Of a stretch of 64,000 bases of DNA, positions 1-12,800 are shown piece after piece. The stretch is from Tubiluchus corallicola. Taxonomy: Eukaryota > Animalia > Priapulida. A program made the translations under genes and the position numbers. The DNA lies in assembly GCA_030141605.1 (NCBI GenBank), contig JAQGDQ010000500.1:98300-162299 (forward strand), given 5' to 3'. The number at the start of each line of letters is the position of its first letter. Position 1 is the first letter of the stretch. Under the pieces are notes generated by a model. The model ran no database searches. It saw nothing but the letters and a program-made list of their open reading frames with translations, and was not told where the DNA came from.

Positions 1-420
1 CTCGACACTAGGCGGAGGAGCTGCACAAGCAGCCAGCGGCTAGAGGGCGGAGGAGGTCAAGTGACCCAATGGTCATGTGTAGAGGAGTAAACCTTCCAAA
101 TCAGGAGTGGAGCTCCGAAGGCGGATCAGTGCAGCATGCTCACTGAATCTGGCAGCTCCTGCAGCCAACCTGGTGCCAAACGTATCGCTCCGCTTTCCTT
201 TGGACTACACCAGGGAGGAAGAGAGGGGGTTCCTGTTATCTGGGCAACTCAGGATCTTCGTACACCTTGCCCAGGTGTGCGCCCTGGAGAGGCCACTCCA
301 GTGGTTCAAGGATCGAACTGCTCAGCCACAGTCGACGCTGCAGCTCCATCAATGTGATAAATAACTGACTCTCTTGGCGCACACTCCATTGTCTTCGGAG
401 ACAGAAGGATGCCGACAACA
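1..420 (+). mobile_element. SINE body, second copy of the 5S-headed SINE at 62601-63145 (head lies upstream of the window)
   Basis: Colinear high similarity to 62741-63140 (ctcgacactaggcgga...gcagctcctgcagccaacc...gagacagaag(g/c)atgcc). The short overlapping ORFs differ by an indel between copies. Confidence 0.85.
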
Positions 421-1559
421 ACTTCATTACATTAACGTTTTCATAGCTGCAAAAACGTAAGGATCAAATCGTGAAAAACAAAAATATTAGCAATTCTGGA
501 ACGTGTCAACATAAATCATGGCAGTCTGACTACTACTGCTCAAGCCAATGCACCTACCGAACCAGATGAGATAGGTGGCAGCACTTAAACAAGAACATCA
601 GTCTTCTGCTGGATATTAAAGCAAGTGAAACAAATTTTCGCCTAATGCAGATAGGCTGTCACATCCCTTGTAAAAAGAAAGGATACTGACAGAGCTTAAA
701 ACACTTGTAAAAATTTACTATGACCATTTTAAAGTTATCTGAATAATTACTTTTGTCATTACTGTTACAGACAAGATAATAATAATCTTTTTTTATTTAT
801 CTTGTAACACATGCACAGTTATAATACAATTTATTTGGTAACAAAAATGTGAAGAAAGGGCAGCGAAAGACCAATTGGTCATCTAGTCAGCTGCCCTTTG
901 GTTAGTGATGAACATTTTTTATAGGTGCTACGCTTCAGTGTATTAGTGTTTGTACCGCTTATAATAAAAACTAAATTGCTACGAATGACATTAAATTGAT
1001 ATGCTTATAACGTGTTAGTACAATTCATAAACAGTAATAATAAGTGCATAATAAAAAAATCAAACTGAAAATAACTGAAATAAGAACTGAAACAAGAACT
1101 GAAATAAAAATCTGACAACAGAAACATAATAACAATGGCAACTGAAATTTACTTTATAACACAAGCATAATTCTTAGACAAGCAAGCGAATGTACAATGG
1201 AGTCATAATATATCATAATAATGTAAAAAAATACAGAGCGATTTTTGATGATCTGAGGTAAAATAAATACACAGATAGTTAAAGCACAAAAAATGACCTG
1301 TATGACTGCATGAGGAGATTAACAATTGGAGTCCAGACTTTGAAAATGATCTACAGAAGTTAGACAATAAACAATTAAATATTGAACCTGCTATAACAGT
1401 AACTGCTCTTGCACGCAGTTAGACAATTTATTAGTGGGCAAAAGGAATAAAAGTTGTAAAAGTTGTTAGAAAATACTGTATGCTTATATGTAGTTAATCT
1501 CAGTAATAAGTTTGCAAGAGTTGACATTTATATAATATACAAGAGGTGTGAGACATGAA

Positions 1560-1910
1560 CAATACAACGTAGAAACGTATTTATGAAAGTATTTGGGAAG
1601 AGGATTTTCACTTTTAGTGTGCTGTTTAGAATAAAGTACTGCAAATTAATTTTCAAACGGATACTTTCTGGCAAATCTAATGTAATAGAAAAGTTGAAAA
1701 TGGGCACTGGGGACATTGGAAAAACTTTCACAGGAACTGATTTCAACTTCAGGAGAGATTTCTGAAATACTTTTCCGGGAACAAATACAACCGGAATAAG
1801 TTTCTTTCTTTGGTGTCTATCAGTCATGAGACAGTATCGCACCAGAAACTTTGTTATTTAAAAAAATTTATCCTGGGACAAAAATTGTACGTTCTGTGGA
1901 GTATGACCCG
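1560..1910 (+). mobile_element. Possible degraded L1/Tx1-like LINE C-terminal (zf-RVT-like) remnant
   Basis: One frame reads ISFFLWCL...RTRNF..*KNLSWDKNCTFCG, resembling the FLW...TR..L...CxxC pattern at the C-terminus of non-LTR ORF2. The frame is interrupted by a stop. Confidence 0.3.
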
Positions 1911-1967
1911 TATACGTTAGTGAAATTATGAAGCTTATAAAATTAGTAGCATAAGTAACAACAACAA

Positions 1968-2424
1968 ATGTTGTTGTTGTGGTTGTTGTTAGGCTTGCTG
2001 TTGCTATGGTTGTGGCTGTTGTTGTTATTGTTGCTGCTGCTGTTGCTGTTGCTGGGGCTGTTGCTGTGGTTGTGGCTGTTGTTATTGCTGTGGTTGTGGC
2101 TGTTGTTGTTGGTGTTGTTGTTGTTCCTGTGCCTGTGGTTGTTGTTGTTGCTTTTGTTGTTGTGGCTGTGGCTGTGGTTGTTGTTGTTGTTATTGTTATT
2201 GCTGTGGTTGTGGTTGTTGTTGTTGTCATTGCTGTGGTTGTGGTTGTTGTTGTTGTTGTTATTGCTGTGGTTGTGGTTGTTGTTATTGTTATTACTGTGG
2301 TTGTTGTTGTTGTTATTGTTATTACTGTGGTTGTGGTTGTTGTTGTTGTTATTGCTGTGGTTGTGGTTGTTGTTGTTGTTGTTATTACTGTGGCTGTGGT
2401 TGTTGTTGTTGTTGTTGTTGTTGT
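1968..2424. repeat. Compound trinucleotide microsatellite (TTG/GTG/CTG/TTA)n
   Basis: Directly visible. It produces the spurious poly-T, poly-V and poly-L ORFs. Confidence 0.95.
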
Positions 2425-2618
2425 CATTTTCAGTATTGTGATTACAGGTAAATGTGCCTTTCTGTAATCATCTTTTTATTATATATTTATTTTATAAAAA
2501 TTATTGGTACCATAATCAAAATTCGTTGTTAATACCATTCATTACAAATACAAAAAAATCACCGCTGCAGCATTTCTGTTTATTATCAGTACTGTCATTT
2601 TCAAGTATGTACATTTTT

Positions 2619-3198
2619 ATAATGTGTGCTTGCATAGCAAAATCATCCATAAGTCCTCATTCAAGCTTTTCTAGTTATTCACATATCCTGAAGCTCCATT
2701 TCATGAGGAACATTTTGATACCAAGTTCATCACTCTATGTTATTTCTAAGCTGAGATAATCCACGTTGAAGTTGAGGTGTGGGCTTTTTCAAACTCCGAT
2801 AGTAGCTCGTGGAAGCAGCAATCATTTTTTCAGGTTTTTCTGTTGTCAAGCCCAGATCTTCATCAGAAAGAGCCATCTACTGGACTTAAACATAACTTCA
2901 TCATGTTCTTGCAATGTCCGTAGCAACCAACATCGCTGTGGTTGCTTGATATGTGTTTTGTAGAAACAAGACAAAAACAATGGCTGACTTTAACAGTGAT
3001 TTTCTAAAGATTATGTTTTTCAGCGCGCAGCCTGCATCTCAACTTCAACGTGGATTATCTCAGCTTAGAAATAACATAGAGTGATGAACTTGGTATCAAA
3101 ATGATCCTCATGAAATGGAGATTTAGGATATCAGAATGATTAGAGAAGCTTAATTGCTGACTTATGGATGATTTTGTTATGCAAGCAACACACATTAT
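2619..3198. mobile_element. MITE/foldback element with ~165-bp imperfect inverted arms
   Basis: 2619-2785 is the approximate reverse complement of 3030-3198 (e.g. gataccaagttcatcactctatgttatttctaagctgagataatccacgttgaagttgag versus ctcaacttcaacgtggattatctcagcttagaaataacatagagtgatgaacttggtatc). Confidence 0.8.
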
Positions 3199-3278
3199 GA
3201 TTCCAGCTCTTTCTAATGTCACGTTATATTTTCAATAAATTAAGATGATTTTAATCCTTGTTTTCTTTTCCTTCACAG

Positions 3279-4406
3279 AAGAACAACGTGTTTCTGTTGA
3301 AGTCAGAACGTGAGACAGCTGACAATGCTGTACGATTTCCAGGACCACCAATTCTCGCCTCAAACGATCATAAATATTGCAAAAAAGAGGAGACAGTTTC
3401 AGTAATAAGCAACGTGAAACAAGAGCTAGACAAAGGCGATGCATTGTTTATAAGCCATGTGCCGGAAGATGAACTACACCATGACACAGATGACAATGAA
3501 GAACTAGACAAAGGCGATGCATTGTTTATAAGCCGTGTGCCGAAAGATGAACTACTCCATGACACAGATGACAATGAAGAACTAGACAAAGGTGATGCGT
3601 TGTTTATAAGCCGTTTGCCGAAAGATGAACTACGCCATGACAGTGATGACAATGAAGAACTAGACAAAAGCGATGCATTGTTTATAAGCCGTGTGCCGAA
3701 AGATGAACTACTCCATGACACAGATGACAATGAAGAACTAGACAAAGGCGATGCATTGTTTATAAGCCGTATGCCGAAAGATGAACTACGCCATAACACA
3801 GATGACAATGAAGAGCTAGACAAAGGCGATGCATTGTTTATAAGCCATGTGCCGAAAGATGAACTACTCCATGACACAGATGACAATGAAGAACTAGACA
3901 AAGGAGATGCGTTGTTTATAAGCCATGTGCCGGAAGATGAACTCCATCATGACACAGATGATGATGAAACGCTGCCTCATTCCAATTGCGACTCTGACGG
4001 TTTAAGCAATGCAGATGCTAACAGCAGGTTGTCGCAACACTCTGAAGGCTTATTAAGTGATGAAGTTTTTAACAACAAGTTTACACAAGAGTCTAAAAGC
4101 TCGAACCGTGTAACTAACCTGTCAGATCACGGCAACGGTTGTACTGACAAACTTGTACGGCAAAATAAGCATGTTGTGTTTGATAGTTGCTTGGATCAGC
4201 TATTGTGGCGACTGCGTTGTGACCAGTGTGAGAGCCCTGTTGATAGGGTTACTAAACAATGCTTCGGTTCCGCATTGACTGTCAAGATATTTTGCGTAAA
4301 CAACCACGAATTCTATTGGCAAAGCTTGCCGTTTTTGCAGCAACAGCCAGCTGGAGATCTGTTGTTGGCTGCGGCAACTTTGTACGCTGGATTCACTCGG
4401 TGGTAG
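3279..4406 (+). pseudogene. Truncated DNA-transposon transposase exon, probably Kolobok-type
   Basis: Good acceptor (tcttttccttcacag|3279). The motif KHVVFDSCLDQLL..CxxC...C..NH...WQSLP.....GDLLLAAATLYAG matches the VFESCL/WxSQP/GNxLLxAAILFxG pattern I recognise from Kolobok-type transposases. No catalytic DDE region is seen, and the frame ends in a tandem array. Confidence 0.5.
3423..3968 (+). repeat. In-frame 78-bp (26-aa) tandem repeat, 7 copies
   Basis: ELDKGDALFIS(R/H)VP(K/E)DELxHDTDDNE units start at 3423, 3501, 3579, 3657, 3735, 3813 and 3891. Confidence 0.95.
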
Positions 4407-5122
4407 CGTGAAGTATTTTTCAAGCCTTGTACATTTAAAATACAGGGTGTTCGGAAAGTCACTGTGCATTTTTGTATTCTGGATTCACACAGTGGTGGCG
4501 TGAAGTATTTTTCAAGCCTTGTACATTTAAAGTACAGGGTGTTCAGAAAGTCACTGTGCATTTTTGTATTCTGGATTCACTCAGTGGTAGCGTGAAGGAT
4601 TTTTTAAACATCCTGTACATTTAAAATACAGGGCGTTCCAAAAGTCATTGTGCATTTTTGTATTCTGGATTCACTCAGTGGTAGCGTGAAGGATTTTTTA
4701 AACACCCTGTACATTTAAAATACAGGGTGTTTGGAAAATCACTGTATATTTTTTGTATTCTGGATTCAGTCAGTGGTAGTGTGAAGTATTTTTCAAGCAT
4801 TGTACATTTAAAATACAGGGAGTTCGGAAAGTCACTGTGCATTTTTGGATTCTATATTCACTCTGTTGTAGTTTGAAGTATTTTTCAAATCTTGTACATT
4901 TAAAATACAGGGTGTTCGGAAAGTCATTGTGCATTTTTGTATTCTGGATTCACTCAGTGGTAGCGTGAAGGATTTTTTTAAACACCCTGTACATTTAAAA
5001 TACAGTGTGTTCGGAAAATCATTGTGCATTTTTGTATTCTGGATTCACTCAGTGGTAGTGTGAAGTATTTTTCAAATCTTGTACATTTAAAATACAGGGT
5101 GTTCGGAAAGGCATTGTGCATT
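4387..5122. repeat. Minisatellite, 92-95-bp unit, ~8 copies
   Basis: Unit ctggattcactcagtggtagcgtgaagtatttttcaagccttgtacatttaaaatacagggtgttcggaaagtcactgtgcatttttgtatt; the core recurs at 4389, 4481, 4573 and onward. Confidence 0.95.
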
Positions 5123-5614
5123 TATATATTCATTAATAACCATGTTTCAATATTAAATACAAGAGGTAAATATGAATGACAATTATAAGCATTGTTGAAA
5201 CTGACCCCCCCCTTCAGTGGTGGCTAGTAGCTAAAATTAGTAGGGTGCTGCAAAATTAAACATTTTTAGCCATTGTTTTAATACTGTGTAAAACTAAACA
5301 AACACATGTAATTAAATTTAGCAAACAGATTTATACATAACCTTGATAAACTCCTAATATTGTTTTCTTACGATTAGCCGAAATTGTCGCAGTTCAAGAA
5401 TATGCCGACAGACAGCTTTTAAGGAGAGAAATTGACAGTGAGGTTCTTTTCCTCAACCGTTGAATGACGTCATTGGTGGAAGAATCTGCGTTCAAAATCC
5501 AGTTCAAGCGTGAAACGGATTTTAAATTGACTTTACTTACTTATACGAGGCGTTTATTGCACTTTTATTACTAAATCCTTCTAACATCTTTCGTGAACAT
5601 TGAAATAAATCCAA

Positions 5615-5643
5615 CTTTCCAGAAAGTTTGACGTTTCCTTTAA
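5615..5643. mobile_element. Candidate Kolobok-type right terminus followed by a TTAA target site
   Basis: ...gtttgacgtttCCT|TTAA (TTAA at 5640-5643) lies downstream of the transposase exon. No matching left terminus was found. Confidence 0.35.
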
Positions 5644-6167
5644 CAAAACTATCAGAATTGCGTCAGTATGTGGCAAAAGAGAATCGGTTTTCATCCGATT
5701 TCATTCTGTTGCTGCTGCAGTTTCCTTCCCTTGTTATTTTGGTGTAAGGCAGCTAGATGGCAGCACCTGCCAGCGTCTAAGCAGCGCTTTTATCATAATT
5801 CCAAGCAAATTTGTTTGCAGTACTATTGAAACATTTCTCAGTCATAGATTGCATAATAATGCATGTTTATCATGATCCCTATAAAACTTTGCTTTACTTT
5901 ATATCTTCCATCTGTAAAAAGTTGGTTTCCTCTACACTAAGAAGACAAAATTACGCCAGTTATCAAATACATTCAAATAAGCATAAATGAATAAATATGC
6001 TTTCGGCATGGGATTTGACAGCGAAAGCGAAACAATATTTTGTACTAATTATTTAACTAATTATAAATTAAGATATACAAATAAATACAAATTTGCTTGC
6101 TACAGACTTCCAAATACTTCGTTCCTGCGTTGACAGAGAAATTAGACAAGAAGAAAGGGAAATAATT

Positions 6168-6215
6168 GGAGAGAGAGAGAAAGAAAGAAGGGAAAAAGAT
6201 GGCAGACAGAAAGTG

Positions 6216-6252
<37 letters not shown>

Positions 6253-6395
6253 GAGAGAGAGAGAGGCAGGGGGAGGAAGAGAGAGAGAAAGAGCCAGAGA
6301 GAGAGAGAGAGAGATTGAGATAAAGATAGATAGAGAGAGATAGAGAGTGAGACAGAGAGATATAATAACAATAATAATAATAATAATAATAATAA
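6168..6395. repeat. Compound (AG)n/(AT)n/(AAT)n microsatellite
   Basis: Directly visible. Confidence 0.9.
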
Positions 6396-6633
6396 ATCTT
6401 TATTAAAGAAATGAACATATATACAAAAAGGTGCCTCTTTTTGCAGGCTCAGATCAACAATTTACATTTTCATATAACAAATATTTTAAATATTTCCAGT
6501 TTCACACTATGTACAACGAATAACATATTATACTTAAATTAGATTTAATTTCAAATGATTCACAAGTATTATACACATCAATTAACTTTCCACACCTACA
6601 TAATTTATTTTTGTATACTGGAGCGGGTCTAAA

Positions 6634-6975
6634 TTAATTATTACTTAGTATAAAATTATCTCTGATCAGGTTAGTAAAAGCCATTATTAAATTTTTATCA
6701 GATTGAAGCATAATATTTCGTGTATAATTGGCATCAGCTATTTCTATGAAACGCATTCTTTTTGTATTATCTACTTTATTGCATCTGAATAAAATGTGCT
6801 GAGGAGTTTGCTCTTCTTCTCCACATGGACATAAACTAGTATCACAAATATTAAGTCTATACAAAAAGCTGTTAAAATTCCCCTGGCCAGTTAAAAAAGA
6901 CATGGCAATGGATTCTATTTTCCTTTCATTATTTCCAAGCGGCAAATTCAAGGGTTTACATTTTATATTCTGCAT
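6634..6975 (-). mobile_element. Non-LTR retrotransposon (R1/I/Jockey-like) ORF2 C-terminal zinc-knuckle remnant
   Basis: FLTGQGNFNSFLYRL...LCPCGEEEQTPQHILFRC matches the LTGHGxFxxYLxR...CxCG...TxxHxLxxC motif of LINE ORF2. Confidence 0.75.
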
Positions 6976-8096
6976 TTCAACATTTTCTCATCGAAATTGC
7001 ATAACATGCCTATATTTATTTGACCAGGTACAAGAAACATAATCCATAATTTGACGTTTAGTTTAATTTCTATTATAGTTTGATATTATAGTGCAGTTTG
7101 CTGTAGATACATTTGGTTAAATTACTATTTTTTTGTACCATCGATTACATGCTTTATTTTTCTTATGTATTTTTTAAATTAGATATTCCATTTGGTTAAA
7201 TTAGTATTTCTTTTTCACCATGAATTCCATTAAGCAATTTGTAAATTTGGTATTGATGTTGTCATACTTGAATTTAAATCATGAATCATTTATTGTCATT
7301 TGTATTATGCTCTTCTGTAGTATACCTATTATGTTTTTAATATCTGCTGTTATAGTGACAATAACAACTTCCTTGTCAGTTCAATTAGCAAAGCGACCAG
7401 GCACAAGATGAAATATTTCGTTAAATCCTTTTTGTAAATAGATCATCATTTTGTCAATAAACTATTGTGATATATTTGAACAAAATCAGCGGTTTGCAAT
7501 AATTTCAATTCAAAATTCGAATTTCTTAAATCCATTTTTGAAATGTTTAAAATTGCCTACGTATGCAAAATATCAAATTTATTTAACGTAATGTCAATTT
7601 AGAATGAAACGCGAAGAGTACATACATCTGTCAGTGTTAGGCAAATAAAAAAAAATAAAAAAAAAATTTGAATCATGATTATAAGAATTGGGTGCAAATA
7701 TCATCAATTTAATGATGGCTGTTAGAGAATGAACAGAGATGAACTAAAGTAGTGTATTATAGTTGTACAGAAAATTAATATCTGAAAGAAAATTTTTTAC
7801 TGAATATGGTACCCACACGTAGCTAGAACAATAACATATATATCTAAGGTTTTTTTCCCAGAGTAATGAATATTACTTTCGTTACTTTGACAAAGGTTTA
7901 CAACACGCCGTCATGTAGTTCCAAGTGAAGTAAGATCATGTCACACAAAATAGATGAGAATATCCTCTTTGTACACGGTTTTTTGTTTATAAAGTGCACA
8001 TTTGAAGCAAGGTGGCAGTAGTGCTGCACAAAGTTGATCATCTTTACTATGCAATGACCTCTTCAGTCGTCTAACTATTAATTACTTTTTGCAAAT

Positions 8097-8339
8097 TTAC
8101 TGTGAGTTGTTGACACATTTCAGTCGATGATTGCAGAGACCTTTGCGAACAGAGCAAGATCTTCCAAGGTTAGTGCACTGAAATGCTGAAGCATCTTTGG
8201 TACGATTCTTTCTTCTTTGATGCTTCTCTTCCCATAGTAGCTGAAGCCTATCTTCATTGTGTTTCACCCCATCAAACACTGGCATCCGCCAAGTTTCCCT
8301 GTCTGAAGTTGCTGTTTGCAGTTTTTGGCAGTTACGCAC
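8097..8339 (-). mobile_element. RTE-clade LINE ORF2 C-terminal remnant (unit 1)
   Basis: DRETWR...GV...E.R....EEK..RRK...FQC...RSC..R.GL..H...C matches the RTE ORF2 C-terminus. Confidence 0.75.
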
Positions 8340-9866
8340 TTTGAACGACAGAAATTTTTCTTTAGTATGACTTAAGACATCTGATATGGTAGTTCCATTG
8401 ATAGGCTTCCTTGTTTCGGTTTAGTTACTGTTACTTTCTACAATCATTACAGTTTTAATTAGACAAAATCAGACAATTCATAAAATTAGTTCTCATTATC
8501 TATTTAGCTGTTTTTTATTTATTCATTTGTGTCTGACTTACTAGTAACAATTGTTCAAATTTCTGACATGTGTCTGGAAAAGAATCGGAAATGTTTGTCT
8601 ATGCACACATTCAATTTGGCCATAATAATGCGGTTCAATATTCCAACGAAGTGAACAAAAATGTAAACCCAAGCGTCAAAAATAATGGAATTGTAGTTTA
8701 AAAAGTTGAACAAACCTGGAAATATGTCTTTATATACAGTGTGTAGAAATCAGAGCTGATGGTATTGAAACTTTACAAATGCGGTGCTTTATTGAAACTA
8801 TCATAAAATATTTTGAAATCTGGTGAGTAGATTATAATGTAATTTTACATTTTGTTAATATAAGTCACCTTAGAGATAAGTATACATTTATCGCTTAGTT
8901 TAGAATACTATTATTGTAGCATTAAGTTTTATTGAAACTGAAATACTATAAAACATTTTAAAATGTGGAGACTAAATTATAATTATAAATTTGTCATTTT
9001 TTTAAATGTAAACATCCCTAAAGATAGGCATATTGTTTAACTCTCGGTTTAGAATATTGATATTGTGTGAGTCGTCACAATTAAAATGAAACTGAAATAA
9101 CAGAACAGATGGCCCAGTTTATCCTGGTGATTTCCCACATTGCCTGGAGCAAAAAGTGAAAAAATAGCAGATGACAATTCGCCGTGCTTGTAAATTCGGA
9201 TAATACCTCTTGCTTGACAACAGTTACGCGTGAGATACTTTCGAAAAATAATATCTAAGCTTCAGATGCCGACCATAAAATCGATGATCATGACTACGTG
9301 TTCAAAAGTTGTGACAAAATAAAAATTACTTTGTCAAGGTGGTCACTGGATGTGTTGTAGTGGCAATGAATGAAACAAACAGAAAATTTATTCCTGTTCA
9401 TTAACTGAAATCAGGCTGTTTCCGAATTTCGGTGCATCCCTCCTATGTTTAGATTTCTAGTAACCAGAGAGCTCTGGGGTAGTTTTTTTTGTTTTTAATT
9501 TGTGCCAAGACGTGACTGGAAAGAATTTTGTTGATCCAATTCAAAAGTGCTCATATCAGTTGGAAGAATGTAAATTTGATTGTGTTTATTGCAAAAATTT
9601 ACATTTTTTCTGTGTAGATTTAATATTATAAAAACAAGAAAACAGATTAGAATGTCGTGATAATTATTATGACAAAAGGATAGTATAATGTTCACATCTT
9701 GATTAATATGCTTTTAGATCATTCCTGTAATAAAGTCGCATGTTACGTATTGCAAGTATTGCGTGGGCGTGATGGCGGTCTTAGAATTTAATTATAATAT
9801 CATAATCACAAGGTTTTTATTATTTTAGCAACCAAAACTTAGAGAGATATTAGTTGAATATTCAAA

Positions 9867-12800
9867 ATGAGGTCATACCATACACTGCTGCATTTGATTG
9901 TTTTCCTGTTCATTAACTGTAAGTAAAAACAAACAATTATTTCTTAATGCCAGAGATATTTTTAGTCTACAGTAATGCAAGGAAAATTAGTTATATTATT
10001 TACCAGTTTCTCAGAAACATTGTATTTCAGTGCACAATTCTTATTGATAATTTAAACTCTAAACATTTGATTTGTTGCAATTACCATAATACTACATGGT
10101 TCCACATATTTTCCCTCCTCCTTGAAGTATTATGTGTAGTTATAAGATACTTGAGAGGATAATTTAAATGCCAAATACCCGTCTTGGAAAGCTTATTTTG
10201 TGTTAGCACACCACAAACAGTTTCATTAGAAGCAATTAAACTCAAATGTCGTCAACACTACACACAAACAACTGCAAATCATTCATTCTACAACGACACA
10301 CACATACAAAATTAACACCAACAGAAAAAGGTCATCAGGTGAAATTCAGATTTCTGTTCCTACTCACTATCTTCAACCTCTGTTCAACTCAATGGATGAA
10401 ATACAAGAACTATGCAGTTAAAATCAGCACCTAATCAATTATACCATTTTCCTCCTAAGCAAAATTACGTTGTTGGCAGGTTTGTGCTCGACGCTCATGG
10501 CAACAGTTGCTCTTCGTTGATGCAATGCCTGTTAAACTCTCATTCTAATTTATCTTTTTTTCAATTTCTTTTTATTAAATTCCTTATGTATGTAAAGCTT
10601 CTCATATTTTTACCAAAACCTTGTGAAAGTTTTAAAGTTTAATTGTGTTTCATTAACTATGAAAATAAAATTAATTGCTACTAATACTATGCAATTATTA
10701 AGTTTAATTACTATTTTAGACATACATAGTTCACTGCAGATAGTGGTCATATGCTTGCTACTGCAGCAGAGAATGTGAACCGACAAAGTAATGCTGTCAC
10801 ACTGTACACATGTTACTTATATGTACAATTTATATGACATACCTGTTTACATTTATATATATTGTACTGCAGGGCTGTGATGAAATAGTGTAATACTGGC
10901 AGGGGAATACAGCAGACTTCTCAGGTGTGCGTGTGAACGTGGCTTTAACTAGCACCTAGACTCTTATTCTGACCTTGTGTTAGTGGGAGCCACTAGTCAC
11001 GTGCACACCTGAGCTTATAAAAAGGGTAGGTCTGCTGTAGATCCTTGTCAGTGGTCATCTCATCTCAGCTCTGTTCACACTTCAGGCTTTGCTCTATTCG
11101 GTAACCTTTTTGGAATATTTTTTTTGGTAATAAATTGTCATTTTTATTTTATTGTTCATTTTGGTTTTTGGTTTTGGCATCGACCTACTTGAGACATGCC
11201 GCACGGTGTAGGTCGCGGTGCCATCCGTTCTGCCTCCATTAAAAGTGGAGAGCAGTCCATTATATATATATTATGTATGCATAATCATATATCTGTATAT
11301 GCTCACTTGGTTATAATATTCTATTTTTCAATTCAGTTGATTCATTACACATATTAGTCGTAGCAGCAAAATCTAAATTTCTTATATTTAAATTTGTATT
11401 TTTTACAGATGTACGAAGTGAATTACAATATTTTGAACAAGAACCTGAAGATGTTGCTACTCTTCCTGGAGAAAACGTTGTGGTACAGTGTGTAGTAAAA
11501 AGCGAGGTTCCACTAGGATATCAGTTTTTTTGGTTGCTTAACGACCAGATCATTGATGCAAACGTGGATGATAACTATACTTTTATTAACAGTAATCCTT
11601 ATAAGACTAGAAACTGGAGTATAAAGATTAAAGATGTAAACTTAGATCAACGTGATGGTTCCTATCACTGCCGAGTGAATGTTTTTGGTGAAGGAGGAGG
11701 AAATGATGAGTCAAACAAAGGAAATGTAACTGTTGTTGGTGAGTCAGTATTTTTAATTACCACTTTTCAATTTTTTAAATAAATCAGTAATTATACAAGT
11801 TGACATTAATCTGTACAATATGATGTATTGTAATTACATTTACATTTACATATGATATGTTCAGATTTGATTTCCGCATATTAGATAATAAGAGTTTGTA
11901 AGTTTTACAGGAGGAAGTTAAAGTATGAATTGTCACAGTTTTGTAACACAACACCTGCTGTGATGCAGCTGCAGTTGATGATGATATAGAATCAGGTTTT
12001 GCATTCTTGTTTATATTGTTCATTAGTACTATTTTCCAAAAAGTTTTAACTTTTAAAGTAGATGCTTCATTTGTTAGTTTTTGTCTTTATCAATTTTTGT
12101 TGTAAAATTTAAGATGTGAGTAAAGTTTAGAGGTTCATTAACCTGGAAAATAAAATTTATTACTAGTTTAAACAAATGTAATTCACTGCGTTAGTGACCA
12201 CATGCCTACTAGTAGCAAATGCTGACAAGACAATGCTGTCACACTGTATATACGTCACTTATGTGTACAAGTTGTAGAAGTTGAGATAAAGTATGAAATA
12301 TCATAGAGAGTAGTGACACAATAGGTGCCCTGATGCATATTATTTTTTATTTACCATCTATCACACATTATATGATTTGATAATAAAGATTAGTCCAAGG
12401 CCAAGAGTAGAAATGACCAGTTTTTACCCATATAGAGTAAGAGACAGTGACAGCGGCAAACAACTCTGCAATAGTATTGAGTCAATGGAAAGCTGCCATT
12501 ATTATGGAGCAGGTCCTGAGTGCTCTTCATTGGCATTCAGTCCTTATCTATTTAGACAACATCATAGTCTATGGCTGAACTGTTGAGAGTACCTCTTCCG
12601 CTTCCAGGAAGCCCTCGTGCACCTAGAAAAAGCTGAGCTGAAATGAAATGCTAAAAAATGTCTTCTCACACAGAAAGAAGTTACTTACCTTTATTACATT
12701 GTTTCTTCTGATAGTGTCAAGACTGATCTTACTAAAACTGAAGCAGTTTATAATTGGCCCCAACATCAAAACATGAAGCAACTTTCGCAGACTGTGTACT

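Noticed and set aside
107-427. Short ORFs shared with 62843-63110 as a conserved small protein
   Set aside because: They lie in the SINE body, several overlapping frames are open, and the similarity is explained by repeat copy identity.
1858-2467. Thr-rich mucin-like, poly-Val and poly-Leu ORFs
   Set aside because: They are translations of a trinucleotide microsatellite with no supporting gene structure.
11380-11770. RAG-type recombination signal sequences around the V exons
   Set aside because: No CACAGTG heptamer with a correctly spaced ACAAAAACC nonamer was seen next to any V exon. Each V exon is complete with normal splice sites, so somatic V(D)J-like joining is unsupported.
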